A stretch of DNA of 58,635 nt, taken from NCBI GenBank assembly GCA_003566375.1, contig PXDN01000313.1, positions 1 through 58,635 of the forward strand, in the 5' to 3' direction. Of this stretch, positions 37,417 to 46,846 are shown one piece after another; within the stretch, counting starts at the first letter, position 1; each line of letters begins with the position of its first letter. Source of the stretch: Opitutia bacterium. Lineage in GTDB: Bacteria; Verrucomicrobiota; Verrucomicrobiia; Opitutales; T3Sed10-336. A program made the translations under genes and the position numbers. Under the pieces are notes generated by a model that was not told the DNA's origin, did not search any database, and saw only the letters and a list, made by a program, of their open reading frames with translations.

Positions 37417-37525
37417 AACGCCTGGGGCGACCTTGACTCGGCTGAGCCGAACGGGCCACACAGAGGTGGCCCCTCCACAAGAGCCACGGAAACTAACGCC
37501 TGGGGCGACCTCCATGTCGCCCGCT
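37417..37525. repeat. Intergenic direct repeat AACGCCTGGGGCGACCT (x2) with 7-bp-stem hairpins
   Basis: The 17-mer occurs at 37417-37433 and 37495-37511. Hairpins GGGCCAC-ACAGAG-GTGGCCC and GGGCGAC-CTCCAT-GTCGCCC lie between the stop of the 37545 gene and the start of the 37232 gene. Confidence 0.7.
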
Positions 37526-37544
37526 TCGGCTTCCGCACGCGGCT

Positions 37545-39959
37545 TTATCCGATTGGGATGGAATTTTTTTCCAAGACGACTTCGGCGCAGAGGGGGAGGT
37601 GGTCGGAGGCGACGCGGGTCAGGGCGGTGCTGGGCACGAGAACGCCGTTCACCTGAAAGTGCGAGGAGACAAAAACATGGTCGATTCTCCCGATCGGGAA
37701 GCGGCCGTAGAGGGTGCCGCGCGGACGGTGATGGATCGAGTGGTCCTGCGCGTCCTGAAGGCGGGTGCAAATGTTGCGGTGAACAAACGAGGCCGGCAGG
37801 GCGTTCATGTCTCCGCAGATGATCAGCGGGTCGTCCTGATCGAGTTTCCCCAGCCATTCATTCCCCAGCAGGGCGGCGATTTGCCGGCGGCGTTCGGCCG
37901 CGCGCAGGCCGAGATGGGTGTTCACCAGGTGCACCTCCCGCCCGTGGTAATCGACCGCCGCCCACTGGGCGCCGCGCGGCTCCAAGCCGGGATGGGATGG
38001 CAAGCCGGGCAGTTGCTTTGATTGGATGAGACGCAACGGGTAGTGGCTGAGAAGGGCCAGTCCGTATTGTTCATCCTCGATTTCGAAAGCCGGGTGAAAA
38101 TGAAACCGCATGGCCAGCCAATCGGCGATTTCGCGCGCTTGATCGACAAAGCCCGAGCGCGCCCGCCCCACATCGATCTCCTGCAGCGCGACCACGTCGG
38201 GATTCTCCCGCGCGATCACGCGGGCGATGCGGGAGGGGGAAAGTTTGCCGTCGAGTCCACGGCAGCCGTGGACGTTGTAAGTCATGACCCGAAACGTTTC
38301 TTCGGAACCGCGCCGGGCCGGAAACCGTTTCTCCGGGGCCACCGGCTCGCGTTGCAAATGAATCAGGGCGGCCCGCCGCAAATCGGAAGGGCGCAGCCAG
38401 GTTTTTTCGGCCAATTCCCCGAAGACCGCGCCCGGCGGCAACAGGGCCGCGCCGTTGCGCTCGTCCCGGCCGGGACCACCGTGGGCTCCGTTCTCCATGG
38501 AGAAGGAGACGGGCCTCCGCCGCCCGTTTCGCCACCCGAGCAGGATCCAGTCGCCCGACTTGGGGTGGGTGGCCAAACGGCGCAGGTCTTCCCGCATCTC
38601 CTCCTCGTAGGAGCGGTCGTCACCGATGATGGTGCGGACGGCTTCGTCCAAACCGGTTTCTCCATCTTCGCCAACGGCGCGGATGTCCCCACCGGGGCCG
38701 GCAAACAACACCAGCGGCACCAGCGCGGTTTCCACCAGCTTGCGGGCGGTTTGCGCAAGTTCCTCCGGCGAGTGGGGCCGCGAGCCATAAACATGCCCCA
38801 CCGGGCCGGGGGCGACCACCACCAGCCGTTCCGGGTCGGGTTCCCCGTCCGCGGCGGGGGGCGGGGCGGGGGATTTCCACCGTTTCCACCCCGTCCAGCC
38901 CGCCCGCGGGCTTTCCGAGCGACCGGCCACGGTCTCCGGCGGCAGGTGGTCGGTGACTTCTTTTCCCAGGGCTTCGCCAACGCCTTCGGCGATGGTTTTG
39001 CCGGTCATTTCCAGATAGGGGATGACTTCCTCCTGGCCGTGATCGCTGTAAATCCAAACCGTGTAGTCGCGGTTGGGCGACCGCATGGCGGCGTTGTGCA
39101 GGTGCCGGATCGCCCGGTCGATTCCCCGCAGGGTCCAGTGGGCGAAGCGCGACGAGGGGCCGCGCCGGTGGGCCTGTTCGTCGTAACCGAGAAAATTGAC
39201 ATGCACCACCGGCAGGCCGCGGGCGAGATCCATGGTGGCGCCGGCCACGGAAAACTCCCGCAGGAAAACCCCGATGGCCACCCGCACGGGCACGAATTGC
39301 AGTTCTTTCCAGAGGTTTTGCCCGGCGGTGACGCCCCGAAACAGATCGACCCAGGCCAAGCCAAACTCGATCAAGCCAAGTCCCAGCATGCGGAAAAAGC
39401 TCGGGGCGTTGAGCAAGAGCACCGTGATTTTTCGCCACAGTGACGTTTGGTGCATGGCCGTTTCCCAACCGAGATCGACCGCGCAAAAATGACTCTCCGC
39501 CGCTCCCCCGGCGTAGATGCTGCCATAGGCCGAGCCGCCTGCCAGCAAGCCCGCCCCTCCCCGGCGTAGCTGCTCCTCCACCCCGCGGGCGGCCTCCTGG
39601 TAAACCATGCGCCGGGCCTCCCCTTTTTCCCGGTCGTAAAATCCGAAGGAGGGAACCGCCCCGCGCACTCCGTAAAACAACTCGGCCTGAACCGCCGGGG
39701 TGCTGGAGGGAAGGCCGGAGTAGAGATTGTGGATTTTGTAATGTTCCCGGTTCATCAGCTTGCGCAGAAAAGGGAGGCGCCCGGCCTTCATCGCCCGGTC
39801 AAATTGTTTTCGCGCCAGCCCGTCGATTTGCAACAGCACCAACCCCGGCTCCGAGGCGGTGCCGTGGGATGTCGGCAGTTGGTAGAGACGGCGCGACCAT
39901 TCGCCGCGGCTGATCCAGCGGCGCAGGGAGCGGAACAACGACTCGGCTTTATCGATCAA
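37545..39959 (-). CDS. Fusion protein: alkaline-phosphatase-superfamily (NPP-type phosphodiesterase) domain plus EEP domain
   Basis: N-part motifs: LLQIDGLARKQF, YSGLPSSTPAVQAELFYG (Thr nucleophile context), NFLGYDEQAHRRGP, WIYSDHGQE. C-part motifs: FRVMTYNVHGCRG, VVALQEIDV, LVNTHLG, ICGDMNA, RIDHVFVS, VASDHLPL. No ATG precedes the IDG motif. The start is therefore TTG 39959 (overlapping the upstream stop as TTGA) or GTG 39839. The track start 40562 lies inside the upstream gene. Confidence 0.75.
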   Translation of the reverse strand: MIDKAESLFRSLRRWISRGEWSRRLYQLPTSHGTASEPGLVLLQIDGLARKQFDRAMKAGRLPFLRKLMNREHYKIHNLYSGLPSSTPAVQAELFYGVRGAVPSFGFYDREKGEARRMVYQEAARGVEEQLRRGGAGLLAGGSAYGSIYAGGAAESHFCAVDLGWETAMHQTSLWRKITVLLLNAPSFFRMLGLGLIEFGLAWVDLFRGVTAGQNLWKELQFVPVRVAIGVFLREFSVAGATMDLARGLPVVHVNFLGYDEQAHRRGPSSRFAHWTLRGIDRAIRHLHNAAMRSPNRDYTVWIYSDHGQEEVIPYLEMTGKTIAEGVGEALGKEVTDHLPPETVAGRSESPRAGWTGWKRWKSPAPPPAADGEPDPERLVVVAPGPVGHVYGSRPHSPEELAQTARKLVETALVPLVLFAGPGGDIRAVGEDGETGLDEAVRTIIGDDRSYEEEMREDLRRLATHPKSGDWILLGWRNGRRRPVSFSMENGAHGGPGRDERNGAALLPPGAVFGELAEKTWLRPSDLRRAALIHLQREPVAPEKRFPARRGSEETFRVMTYNVHGCRGLDGKLSPSRIARVIARENPDVVALQEIDVGRARSGFVDQAREIADWLAMRFHFHPAFEIEDEQYGLALLSHYPLRLIQSKQLPGLPSHPGLEPRGAQWAAVDYHGREVHLVNTHLGLRAAERRRQIAALLGNEWLGKLDQDDPLIICGDMNALPASFVHRNICTRLQDAQDHSIHHRPRGTLYGRFPIGRIDHVFVSSHFQVNGVLVPSTALTRVASDHLPLCAEVVLEKNSIPIG

Positions 39960-42244
39960 GGCTGTTTCCCCGCCTCCCCGGTCGGAGGGAGATCCAAGGT
40001 CAGGAAGTCCGCCCCCTTTTCCGCGGTGAGAACACCGCCGTCCCGGCGGATGACCCGGATTTCCGGCGGCCCGCCGCGCCACCGCCCGTGCCAGGAAACC
40101 CGCGCCGTTCGCTCCTCCACGCGGATTGTAATCGTGACCGGCCCGTGGGGGGTGGGGGCGGGGCCGTATTCCAAAACCGCCCCCGGTCGCAACCATTCGT
40201 CGGGAATGCCGGAGGCGAGGATGAGGACGCCCTCTTCCTCGCGCAGAAACAGGCTCCGAATCATCAGCAGCCATTCGACCGCCGCCCACGCGTGTTGCCC
40301 GTCCCCCATGCAGCCGCCGCCCGTGCGGGGATGGACCGCCTCGGGCCACTGCCCGGTCGGGGAGGCCATTTCCGCCACTGTGCGAACGAGTTTCCAAGCG
40401 GTTTCCCGTTCGCCCGCGCGCAAAAAGACTTGGGCGAGGTGGAGGGTGAGGTAGGCGTTTTTGCCGGAGTGAATCATGTCTTGGAAAAACGCCCCTTCGA
40501 AGGAGGAATGCTCCATCAACCAGCGCGCGGTGGCGAGGACGCGCGGTTCGCCCGGTTCCCAAAGCCGCAACGGGTAATCGACCACCATGGAGCCGACCGC
40601 GCCCGCGTCCATGCGGCGTCCGGGAGCGGCCGGAATGGACCCGCGCCGTTTGAACGGCCGCGATTGGGCCACGGCCCGCTCCACGCAGGCCAGCAGATCG
40701 TCCGCTTCGGCGAGAAAGGCATCGGCGGTTTTGCCGTCCCCGGCATCGCGCAGCAGGGCGGCCCCGGCCCGGAGCCCGCCAACCGCCCAGAAATCATCCC
40801 AAAAGTAAAAATCGTTTGGTCCCAAGTGCTCGGCGCTGAAACCGGCCGGAAGCAACCCGGCGTGTGGATCCTCTCCGTCGGCGGAGAGCCGCTTGCGCCC
40901 GATCCAATGGCCGCCGGAGCGGACCGCTTTCACCCAGTCGGCCTTGGCCGTTTCTCCGCTCAATTCACCAAACCGCCGGTAAATCCAGAGTGCCTCGCCG
41001 TTGGAATCCCATTCACCCTCCTGGGAGAGGAAATAGCCGAGCGGCGTTTGCCGGGAGTGAAACCGGTCGAGCGCCCGTTCCGCCTGGCGAAACAGGCCCA
41101 GGCAGCAGAGGCCGTGAATCAGGAATGCGGCGTCGCGGAACCAAAAGCGTTTGTAGGTGTAGGGCCCCGGATACACGTCGTGCGGAGCGTGGAGAATCAT
41201 GGTCCGCACGGCGGCATCGTGCAAAAACGAGATGCCCCCGTCCGGCACCCGCAACCGGCAAACCGGTTGCAATTCCGCCTTCCAGCCGCCGTCGGGTGCG
41301 TTTGGATACCCGTCTCCCTTGACAAAATCCTGATCTTGTCCAAGCGGTACGGATACGAGGGTTTCCAGCGGCTTGTCCGCCGTCAGCGGGAAGAGGGCGC
41401 AGGCGGTGGCCATGCCGACATCGCAGCGGATTTTTTCCGTCTCGGCGGCGTCAAACAGGTGGGCGGCGGCATCCCCGTCGTGGTAGCGGGAGAAAACCAA
41501 CCGCTGCGGCGCTTTGTCGAAAAGGACCCGCTGTTTCCGGTTGACGATCACCCCGTGGCGGTCCTCCACCCGCGCGCAGTCGTGGATGAAGTTCACCCCT
41601 TCGGGATTGTAGGGGCGAATGCCAAGGCAGAGCCAGGCCCGGCCCGCGGACGTGGCGCGGACGGCGGTGCGGCAAACCGGTTCCCCGTTTTCCCATTCCA
41701 GCCAGGTTTCGGAAACCAGTTCGCAGCCCGGCCCAATGCAGCGTGTGACGACCCGAGGGGTCGGGTCCAATTTCAGCTCTTGTTCCACTTCCATCAGCCG
41801 CGCCGGGACCAGCAACGGCCCTTCCTCGGTCACCAGCCAGGCGTCGTGGGACCAGCCGTCGTAATACGGGGTTACCAAACCGCGTGGATCCACGATCGGC
41901 AGCACGGCGCAATCCGGCATCCCGACCGCCGTCCAGTTGCGGTGGGTGAGGTTCACATGGCTGAAGGAAAACGCCCGCGGGAGAAACGATTCGTCGGACG
42001 GATCGAATTGGCGTTGCACCCAGTAGGGCCAAATCCAGTCGAGATTGTGCTGAATCGCCCGCACGTTCATCAGTCCGCGCGCGTGGAATATCATGCCGGC
42101 CCGCAGCAGCTCGACCGGTTCCCCGACTTCGGAGGGCTGGGCAAACCGTTGCATTTGCGCCAGCAGCGAGACCGGATCGAGAAATCCGTGCCGCCGGGCC
42201 AATTTTTTCACTATCCATTTCCAAGGGAACCACGAATATCTCAT
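39956..42244 (-). CDS. GH15-like (alpha/alpha)6 six-hairpin glycosidase family protein
   Basis: ATG 42244 gives MRYSWFPWKW (GTG 42268 is possible). Motifs YTYKRFWFRDAAFLIHGL and EGEWDSNGEALWIYRRF are typical of glucoamylase/GH15-type catalytic domains. Antisense ORF 40088..42256 is rejected. Confidence 0.7.
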   Translation of the reverse strand: MRYSWFPWKWIVKKLARRHGFLDPVSLLAQMQRFAQPSEVGEPVELLRAGMIFHARGLMNVRAIQHNLDWIWPYWVQRQFDPSDESFLPRAFSFSHVNLTHRNWTAVGMPDCAVLPIVDPRGLVTPYYDGWSHDAWLVTEEGPLLVPARLMEVEQELKLDPTPRVVTRCIGPGCELVSETWLEWENGEPVCRTAVRATSAGRAWLCLGIRPYNPEGVNFIHDCARVEDRHGVIVNRKQRVLFDKAPQRLVFSRYHDGDAAAHLFDAAETEKIRCDVGMATACALFPLTADKPLETLVSVPLGQDQDFVKGDGYPNAPDGGWKAELQPVCRLRVPDGGISFLHDAAVRTMILHAPHDVYPGPYTYKRFWFRDAAFLIHGLCCLGLFRQAERALDRFHSRQTPLGYFLSQEGEWDSNGEALWIYRRFGELSGETAKADWVKAVRSGGHWIGRKRLSADGEDPHAGLLPAGFSAEHLGPNDFYFWDDFWAVGGLRAGAALLRDAGDGKTADAFLAEADDLLACVERAVAQSRPFKRRGSIPAAPGRRMDAGAVGSMVVDYPLRLWEPGEPRVLATARWLMEHSSFEGAFFQDMIHSGKNAYLTLHLAQVFLRAGERETAWKLVRTVAEMASPTGQWPEAVHPRTGGGCMGDGQHAWAAVEWLLMIRSLFLREEEGVLILASGIPDEWLRPGAVLEYGPAPTPHGPVTITIRVEERTARVSWHGRWRGGPPEIRVIRRDGGVLTAEKGADFLTLDLPPTGEAGKQP

Positions 42245-42295
42245 AAGCCTCCTTAACGATGGCCCCACATCGGCGCGCCCGCAAACTTTTCCCGG

Positions 42296-42766
42296 TCAAC
42301 GGGCGGTTTCTTCGCCCAGGCGCCCGCGCAATTGCTGGAAAAACCGCCGGTATTCCGCCCGGTCGCGGACCGGCGTCTGGTGGGCGGCCGGCACCCCAAA
42401 CGCGTCCGGCCGCTCCTCCACCAGGCTCAGCAGCAAGCTTGCCTCGGTCACGTTGGGAGCGGTTTCCCGCAAGCGCAGGCGGACGTGCCGTTGGGTGGCG
42501 AAACCACCGCCGTGTTCCCGGGTGATGCGGGTGGACGCTTCAATCAGGCCGCGGCGGTCGTCGGCCTTGGTTACCGTGTAGCCGTTGGCCGATAGGACCG
42601 CGCGCGCCGCCTCCGCGGTTTCGGGCAGCGGGTGGTCGAGCGTTTCCGAGACCGCCCGGCCGCGCAGGGCGGGCGGGTCCGCGGTTTGGCAACCCGTAAA
42701 GGCCAGGGGCGGAAGAGTGGCTGCGGCCAGGACAAGCAAAAGGCTAAACAAACGGCTGGTTTTCAT
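42296..42766 (-). CDS. Lipoprotein of unknown function
   Basis: 156 aa. MKTSRLFSLLLVLAAATLPPLAFTGC (lipobox FTGC). I recognised no other motif. Confidence 0.65.
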   Translation of the reverse strand: MKTSRLFSLLLVLAAATLPPLAFTGCQTADPPALRGRAVSETLDHPLPETAEAARAVLSANGYTVTKADDRRGLIEASTRITREHGGGFATQRHVRLRLRETAPNVTEASLLLSLVEERPDAFGVPAAHQTPVRDRAEYRRFFQQLRGRLGEETAR

Positions 42767-42790
42767 GACAAGCGGGTGCGTTTGGGGAAT

Positions 42791-43453
42791 TCATGCGGGT
42801 TCGTTGGCTTCGTTCAGGTCACGCACCAATCCGGGGATTTCCTCCAGGGACATCGCGAACCGGTCGGCGCCATCGCGCACCAGTTCCCGGTCGGCGAACC
42901 CGCCGTAGCCGATGAAACGGTCCGCCACGCCCTTGGTTTCCAAATCACTGATACCATCGCCGACCATCACCACCGGACCTCCGTGTTGATGTTTCCAGCG
43001 GCGGATCACCTCCGGCTTGCCGCCGTTGCGCGTGGTCGGGTAGTCGCGGTCGTAACCGGAGTAGGTACCGTCGGCGTTGAAAAACAGGTCCACCGCCTCG
43101 ATCAGGCCAATTCCGAGAAACTCCGCCAGCGGCTGGATGGCCTGGCGGTAGCCGCCACTGAGAATGCCGGTTTTCCAACCCTCCGCCCGCAGTTGTTCCA
43201 CCGCCGCGCGCGCGGCCGACTCGACCGTTTCCACATACAGCGCGCCGATGGCGGCGGTTTCCTCCCGCGTCGGCCGCACCAGGTCGAGCCGCTTGCCGAA
43301 AACCGCGTCCAAGCTGATTTCGCCCTCCATCGCCCGCCGGGTCATCGCCTCAATCTCCGCCAGGACGGCCGGTCCCCGCGACCGGGCCATTTCATCCACC
43401 CCCTCGATGCGGCTGAGGGTGCTGTCACAATCAAAAAAAATCATTCCCGCCAT
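42791..43453 (-). CDS. HAD-IB family hydrolase (phosphoserine-phosphatase-like)
   Basis: 220 aa. Motif I MIFFDCDSTL, motif II-like ILSGG, motif IV VMVGDGISD. Confidence 0.8.
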   Translation of the reverse strand: MAGMIFFDCDSTLSRIEGVDEMARSRGPAVLAEIEAMTRRAMEGEISLDAVFGKRLDLVRPTREETAAIGALYVETVESAARAAVEQLRAEGWKTGILSGGYRQAIQPLAEFLGIGLIEAVDLFFNADGTYSGYDRDYPTTRNGGKPEVIRRWKHQHGGPVVMVGDGISDLETKGVADRFIGYGGFADRELVRDGADRFAMSLEEIPGLVRDLNEANEPA

Positions 43454-43474
43454 ACTTAAAATATAAACCGCGGT

Positions 43475-43933
43475 TCAGGAAATCCGTCCCTCGTCGAAAT
43501 CAATCATGTCGGCGAAAGAGACGAGGTCCTCCCGTTCGGGAATGCCCATCTGCTGGCGAACCTCCTTGAGCTTTTCGCGGCCCATCTCGGTCATGCCCAT
43601 CTGCACCAATTTGCGGTTCCACTCGGCCACCCGGAGATCGTCGGGAAGGATTTCCCGCAGCCGCCGGTCCACCTCGGCCGCGTCGGCGCTTTCACGCACG
43701 ATGGCGATCACCTGTTGCGGGTCGATGCCGAGGTGGAGGCAGAGAAACCCGTCGAACCCTTTGGTGAAATTCCGCTGATAGGATTTCGGCAATTCGCCCG
43801 CGAGGTGCTTGCGAATCTTGGCGAGAAAGCGCGGCAGGTGCAGCAGCCCGCAGGCGTGCGGCAAATACGGTGAGGGAAGATCAGTCAAGATCTCCCCCGT
43901 CGGTCCCAGTTTGACGGATTCCATGGTCGGCAT
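43475..43933 (-). CDS. Small conserved cytoplasmic protein, DUF5069-like (tentative)
   Basis: 152 aa. The segment LLHLPRFLAKIRKHLAGELPKSYQRNFTKGFDGFLCLHLGIDPQQV matches my recollection of DUF5069. The family name is tentative. It is the first gene of a tightly spaced minus-strand cluster. Confidence 0.55.
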   Translation of the reverse strand: MPTMESVKLGPTGEILTDLPSPYLPHACGLLHLPRFLAKIRKHLAGELPKSYQRNFTKGFDGFLCLHLGIDPQQVIAIVRESADAAEVDRRLREILPDDLRVAEWNRKLVQMGMTEMGREKLKEVRQQMGIPEREDLVSFADMIDFDEGRIS

Positions 43934-44192
43934 TGTGGGGAGGGGGAGCGGTTATGAAAAGCGTAAAGCCAGGGGAAATATAAGGCGGAGTATGGAATGA
44001 TAAATGGAGTATGTGGAAAGTTGACGATTCTTGAGGAAACACGGACACTGGTGAAGTTGAAAGCCGTCGGATATTCGGCCCTTTTTATCCTGTCCCTTTT
44101 GCCTCTTCGGTATCAACCCGGCCGAGTCCCGACGCTCTGGCGATTTCACCGCGGCGAGTGATTTCGCCACCCATGTTGCCGAGAACCATCAT

Positions 44193-45713
44193 TCACTTGT
44201 GTTGGCGTTCCTGCCTCTCGCCCAGGCGGGATCGGCCATCCTCCGGTGGATGAAGACGGTCAAACCAACGGGAAACCGGATCGTCCAGCCGGTGCAAATA
44301 ACCGCGCAGCCGGTTGAGCATGTCCCGACGGACGCCTTGGTATTCGGCTTGTTCATACACGTTGGTCAACTGCCAGGGATCTTTCTCCAAATCGTAGAGT
44401 TCGGCCAAGTCGCAGGAGTTGAAGGTGAGCTGATGCGAGCGCGTCCGCACCATCCGTTGGTTCGCCACCGTGAAATGCCGGTCAAATACGCAATAAACCT
44501 CTTCCCGACTCCACGAAAGATCGCGCCCCAGCGCGGCCCGCAACAGGCTCCGTCCGTCGAATTCCTCCGGCTCCCCCATCCCCGCCAAATCGGTCAAGGT
44601 GGAGGTGAGATCGTGCAGATAAACCATTTCCTGGCAAACCGTTCCCGGTCTTTCGCAACTTGGATGGGCGGCCACCAGCGGAATGCGGTAGATCTCATCA
44701 TACATGAATTCACCTTTTTCGATCAACTTGTGCGCCCCCATCGAATCCCCGTGGTCCGAAGCATAAATGATGACGGTGTTGTCCAATTGGCCCAGCCGTT
44801 CAAGCGTGGCAATCATCCGGCCGACCATGTCGTCGATCAAGGAGCAGTGACCAAAATAGCGCGCCGCAATCTCCTGAAACCCTTTCCAGCCGAGGTCGCC
44901 CAAACCCCACATTTTTTCGATGTGCCGCTGGACATGGGGTTTGTCGGCAAAGGTCTCCCGATAACTCGGATGTTCCGGAACGGCGGCCGGATCATACATG
45001 GAAAACCAAGGCTCCGGGACCAGCGACGGCGAATGCGGACCCCAGAAGTTGGCCCAAAGAAAAAACGGTTCTTCGCTCCCGCTCATCTCTTCCATCAGAC
45101 GGTTCGCCTCATCGGCCACAAACCATTCGATGGACGACTCAACCGGACCATCGTGCAGGGCAAACATTTCCTGGGTTTGGCAGCCGGGGTTGGTTCCAAA
45201 AAAACCTTGGCTCACCTTGGGCCGGAAACCGCGGTCCCGCAGCCAGGCTTCATACGGGTTCGGACGGTTGAGAGGCGGTTCGTTGAAAACGAGCCCGGGC
45301 AAAGCCCCCGACCCGGGAAATCCGTATCCCAGAAAATCCTTCCCGGAGAACCCGAAGTCGGTTGGTCCGCGTTCATGATCGACATGCCATTTGCCCGCGT
45401 AACCCAGGCGGTAACCGGCCCCGGCCAGATATTCGGCAAAGTTCGTCGTTCCTTCCCGGATACAACAGCCGTTGCCGGTGACCCCGTGACGGTGGGGGTA
45501 ACGACCGGTGAACAGGGAGGCGCGGGCGGGGGAACAAATCGCCGTGGGGGTGAAAGCCTGATCAAACCGAACACCCCTCCGGGCCAGGCCGTCAATGTGC
45601 GGCGTGCGGCAAATGCCCGGAGGCAATCCGTAGGCACCGACCGTGTCCAGTCGCTGTTGATCGCTCAAAATCAGGAAAATGTTCGGGCGGCGGCTTGGCA
45701 TGCTTCCATTCAT
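44193..45713 (-). CDS. Cys-type sulfatase (formylglycine-dependent)
   Basis: ATG 45713 gives MNGSMPSRRPNIFLILSDQQRLD. FGly motif CSPARASLFTGRYPHRHG; also ASDHGD. No obvious signal peptide. The track start 45743 is a TTG. Confidence 0.88.
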   Translation of the reverse strand: MNGSMPSRRPNIFLILSDQQRLDTVGAYGLPPGICRTPHIDGLARRGVRFDQAFTPTAICSPARASLFTGRYPHRHGVTGNGCCIREGTTNFAEYLAGAGYRLGYAGKWHVDHERGPTDFGFSGKDFLGYGFPGSGALPGLVFNEPPLNRPNPYEAWLRDRGFRPKVSQGFFGTNPGCQTQEMFALHDGPVESSIEWFVADEANRLMEEMSGSEEPFFLWANFWGPHSPSLVPEPWFSMYDPAAVPEHPSYRETFADKPHVQRHIEKMWGLGDLGWKGFQEIAARYFGHCSLIDDMVGRMIATLERLGQLDNTVIIYASDHGDSMGAHKLIEKGEFMYDEIYRIPLVAAHPSCERPGTVCQEMVYLHDLTSTLTDLAGMGEPEEFDGRSLLRAALGRDLSWSREEVYCVFDRHFTVANQRMVRTRSHQLTFNSCDLAELYDLEKDPWQLTNVYEQAEYQGVRRDMLNRLRGYLHRLDDPVSRWFDRLHPPEDGRSRLGERQERQHK

Positions 45714-46111
45714 TTCCCAATCCGCCGCTGGCGACAATCCCAAAGGGGCTTACCCTCCGCTTCCGGCCACTGGCCGCATCGCTCGGCGCGGGCGACACCA
45801 TCGGGATTGCCAAGCAAACGGGATTGATTGGGATCAATGTTTCACCCGGACCGGCTTCGGCCAAGCCCGCGGCACTTATTTTATTGGACAGCCAATTTCT
45901 CACCACCAACCGCAAGGCGCTGACCGGAAAACCCGCAGGTTTTTCCGCACTTGCGCCACCTCTGCCAATACCTTCGGGAAAACCATTGCATCGTCCAGAA
46001 CGGTTTGGGTAATGATCCTGCTGCCCTGTCGCGGGTTTGCCTTCCCACGCGGATAACCCAAAACAACCCTGACGGGCACAGGGACAACGGTCTCCCACGG
46101 CTCAAAGCGGA

Positions 46112-46846
46112 TCAGCGGTCGGCGATGAGATTGCCGAAGGTCACGGTTCCCTTCCTCATGGATTCAACATGACCGTCCACAAACAGGACCGGGGCGGAGT
46201 TGTTTCCACGGTAGCGAAGGAATCCGCCAACTCCGTCAACATCGCCTTCGGTTGGAATGGGTTCGCGGAGATTCTCACCGCTTCCGGCAATACGCCAGGC
46301 GCTTGGGGTGCCAAAAGTCGCGTTGGAGTAGGTATTGTTGCTGCGCTGGGTGCCTTCGCCAATGAGGATGACTTGTGAGGGACGGAAAACTTCAAATCTG
46401 CGCAGCCGGGTGTCCTCTCCGGAAATGTTCTGCATGAGCAACCCATGGGCGGAGTAGGTTGACGGGACGACAATGGACGACGTTAGCTGATCTCTTACAG
46501 GAATTTGAGCCAAAGGTGAAACAAAAATGCTCTCGTCCGCGATAGGGGCCGCTTCAAGCCCCAGGTAAGGGAGTAACTCGGTCGTCCAAATCCTTTCACC
46601 CTCTCCCGGTCTGAAAAAATAACCCGGCGGAAAGCGGTCGTTGTGCTCGTCGGCGTAAAGATGCAAACTCACCCCAATCTGGCGTAGATTGCTCAGCGAC
46701 TTGGCTTCCCGAGCACTGAGCCGAACCGCGCCCACCACGGGGATGAGGATGGCGGCCAGGATGCCGATGATGGCGATAACGGTCAAAAGTTCGATCAGCG
46801 TGAAGGCTTGGCGTTGTTGACCCTTGGTGAAAGCAGATGCGTGCAT
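46112..46846 (-). CDS. Prepilin-type N-terminal cleavage/methylation domain protein (pseudopilin-like)
   Basis: 244 aa. AFTLIELLTVIAIIGILAAILIPVVGAVRLSAREAKS, with C-terminal NSAPVLFVDGHVESM. Confidence 0.85.
   Translation of the reverse strand: MHASAFTKGQQRQAFTLIELLTVIAIIGILAAILIPVVGAVRLSAREAKSLSNLRQIGVSLHLYADEHNDRFPPGYFFRPGEGERIWTTELLPYLGLEAAPIADESIFVSPLAQIPVRDQLTSSIVVPSTYSAHGLLMQNISGEDTRLRRFEVFRPSQVILIGEGTQRSNNTYSNATFGTPSAWRIAGSGENLREPIPTEGDVDGVGGFLRYRGNNSAPVLFVDGHVESMRKGTVTFGNLIADR

Noticed and set aside
38900-39840. The alkaline-phosphatase-superfamily domain as a PglZ domain, i.e. a BREX-type phage defence component
   Set aside because: The motifs (IDG..., PSSTP, D..AH..GP, SDHG) fit the NPP/phosphodiesterase core. 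No BREX partners (PglX methyltransferase, BrxC ATPase, BrxL) are nearby; the neighbours are metabolic (GH15-like, HAD). I cannot fully exclude distant PglZ similarity without an HMM comparison.
45744-46111. Possible small genes or ncRNA in the 368-nt spacer between the sulfatase and pseudopilin genes (ORFs 45592..46098 -, 45679..46056 +), and in the AT-richer spacer 43934-44192
   Set aside because: The translations have no motifs, the ORFs overlap real gene starts, and I recognised no tRNA-like or known ncRNA features. These are most likely promoter or untranslated regions.
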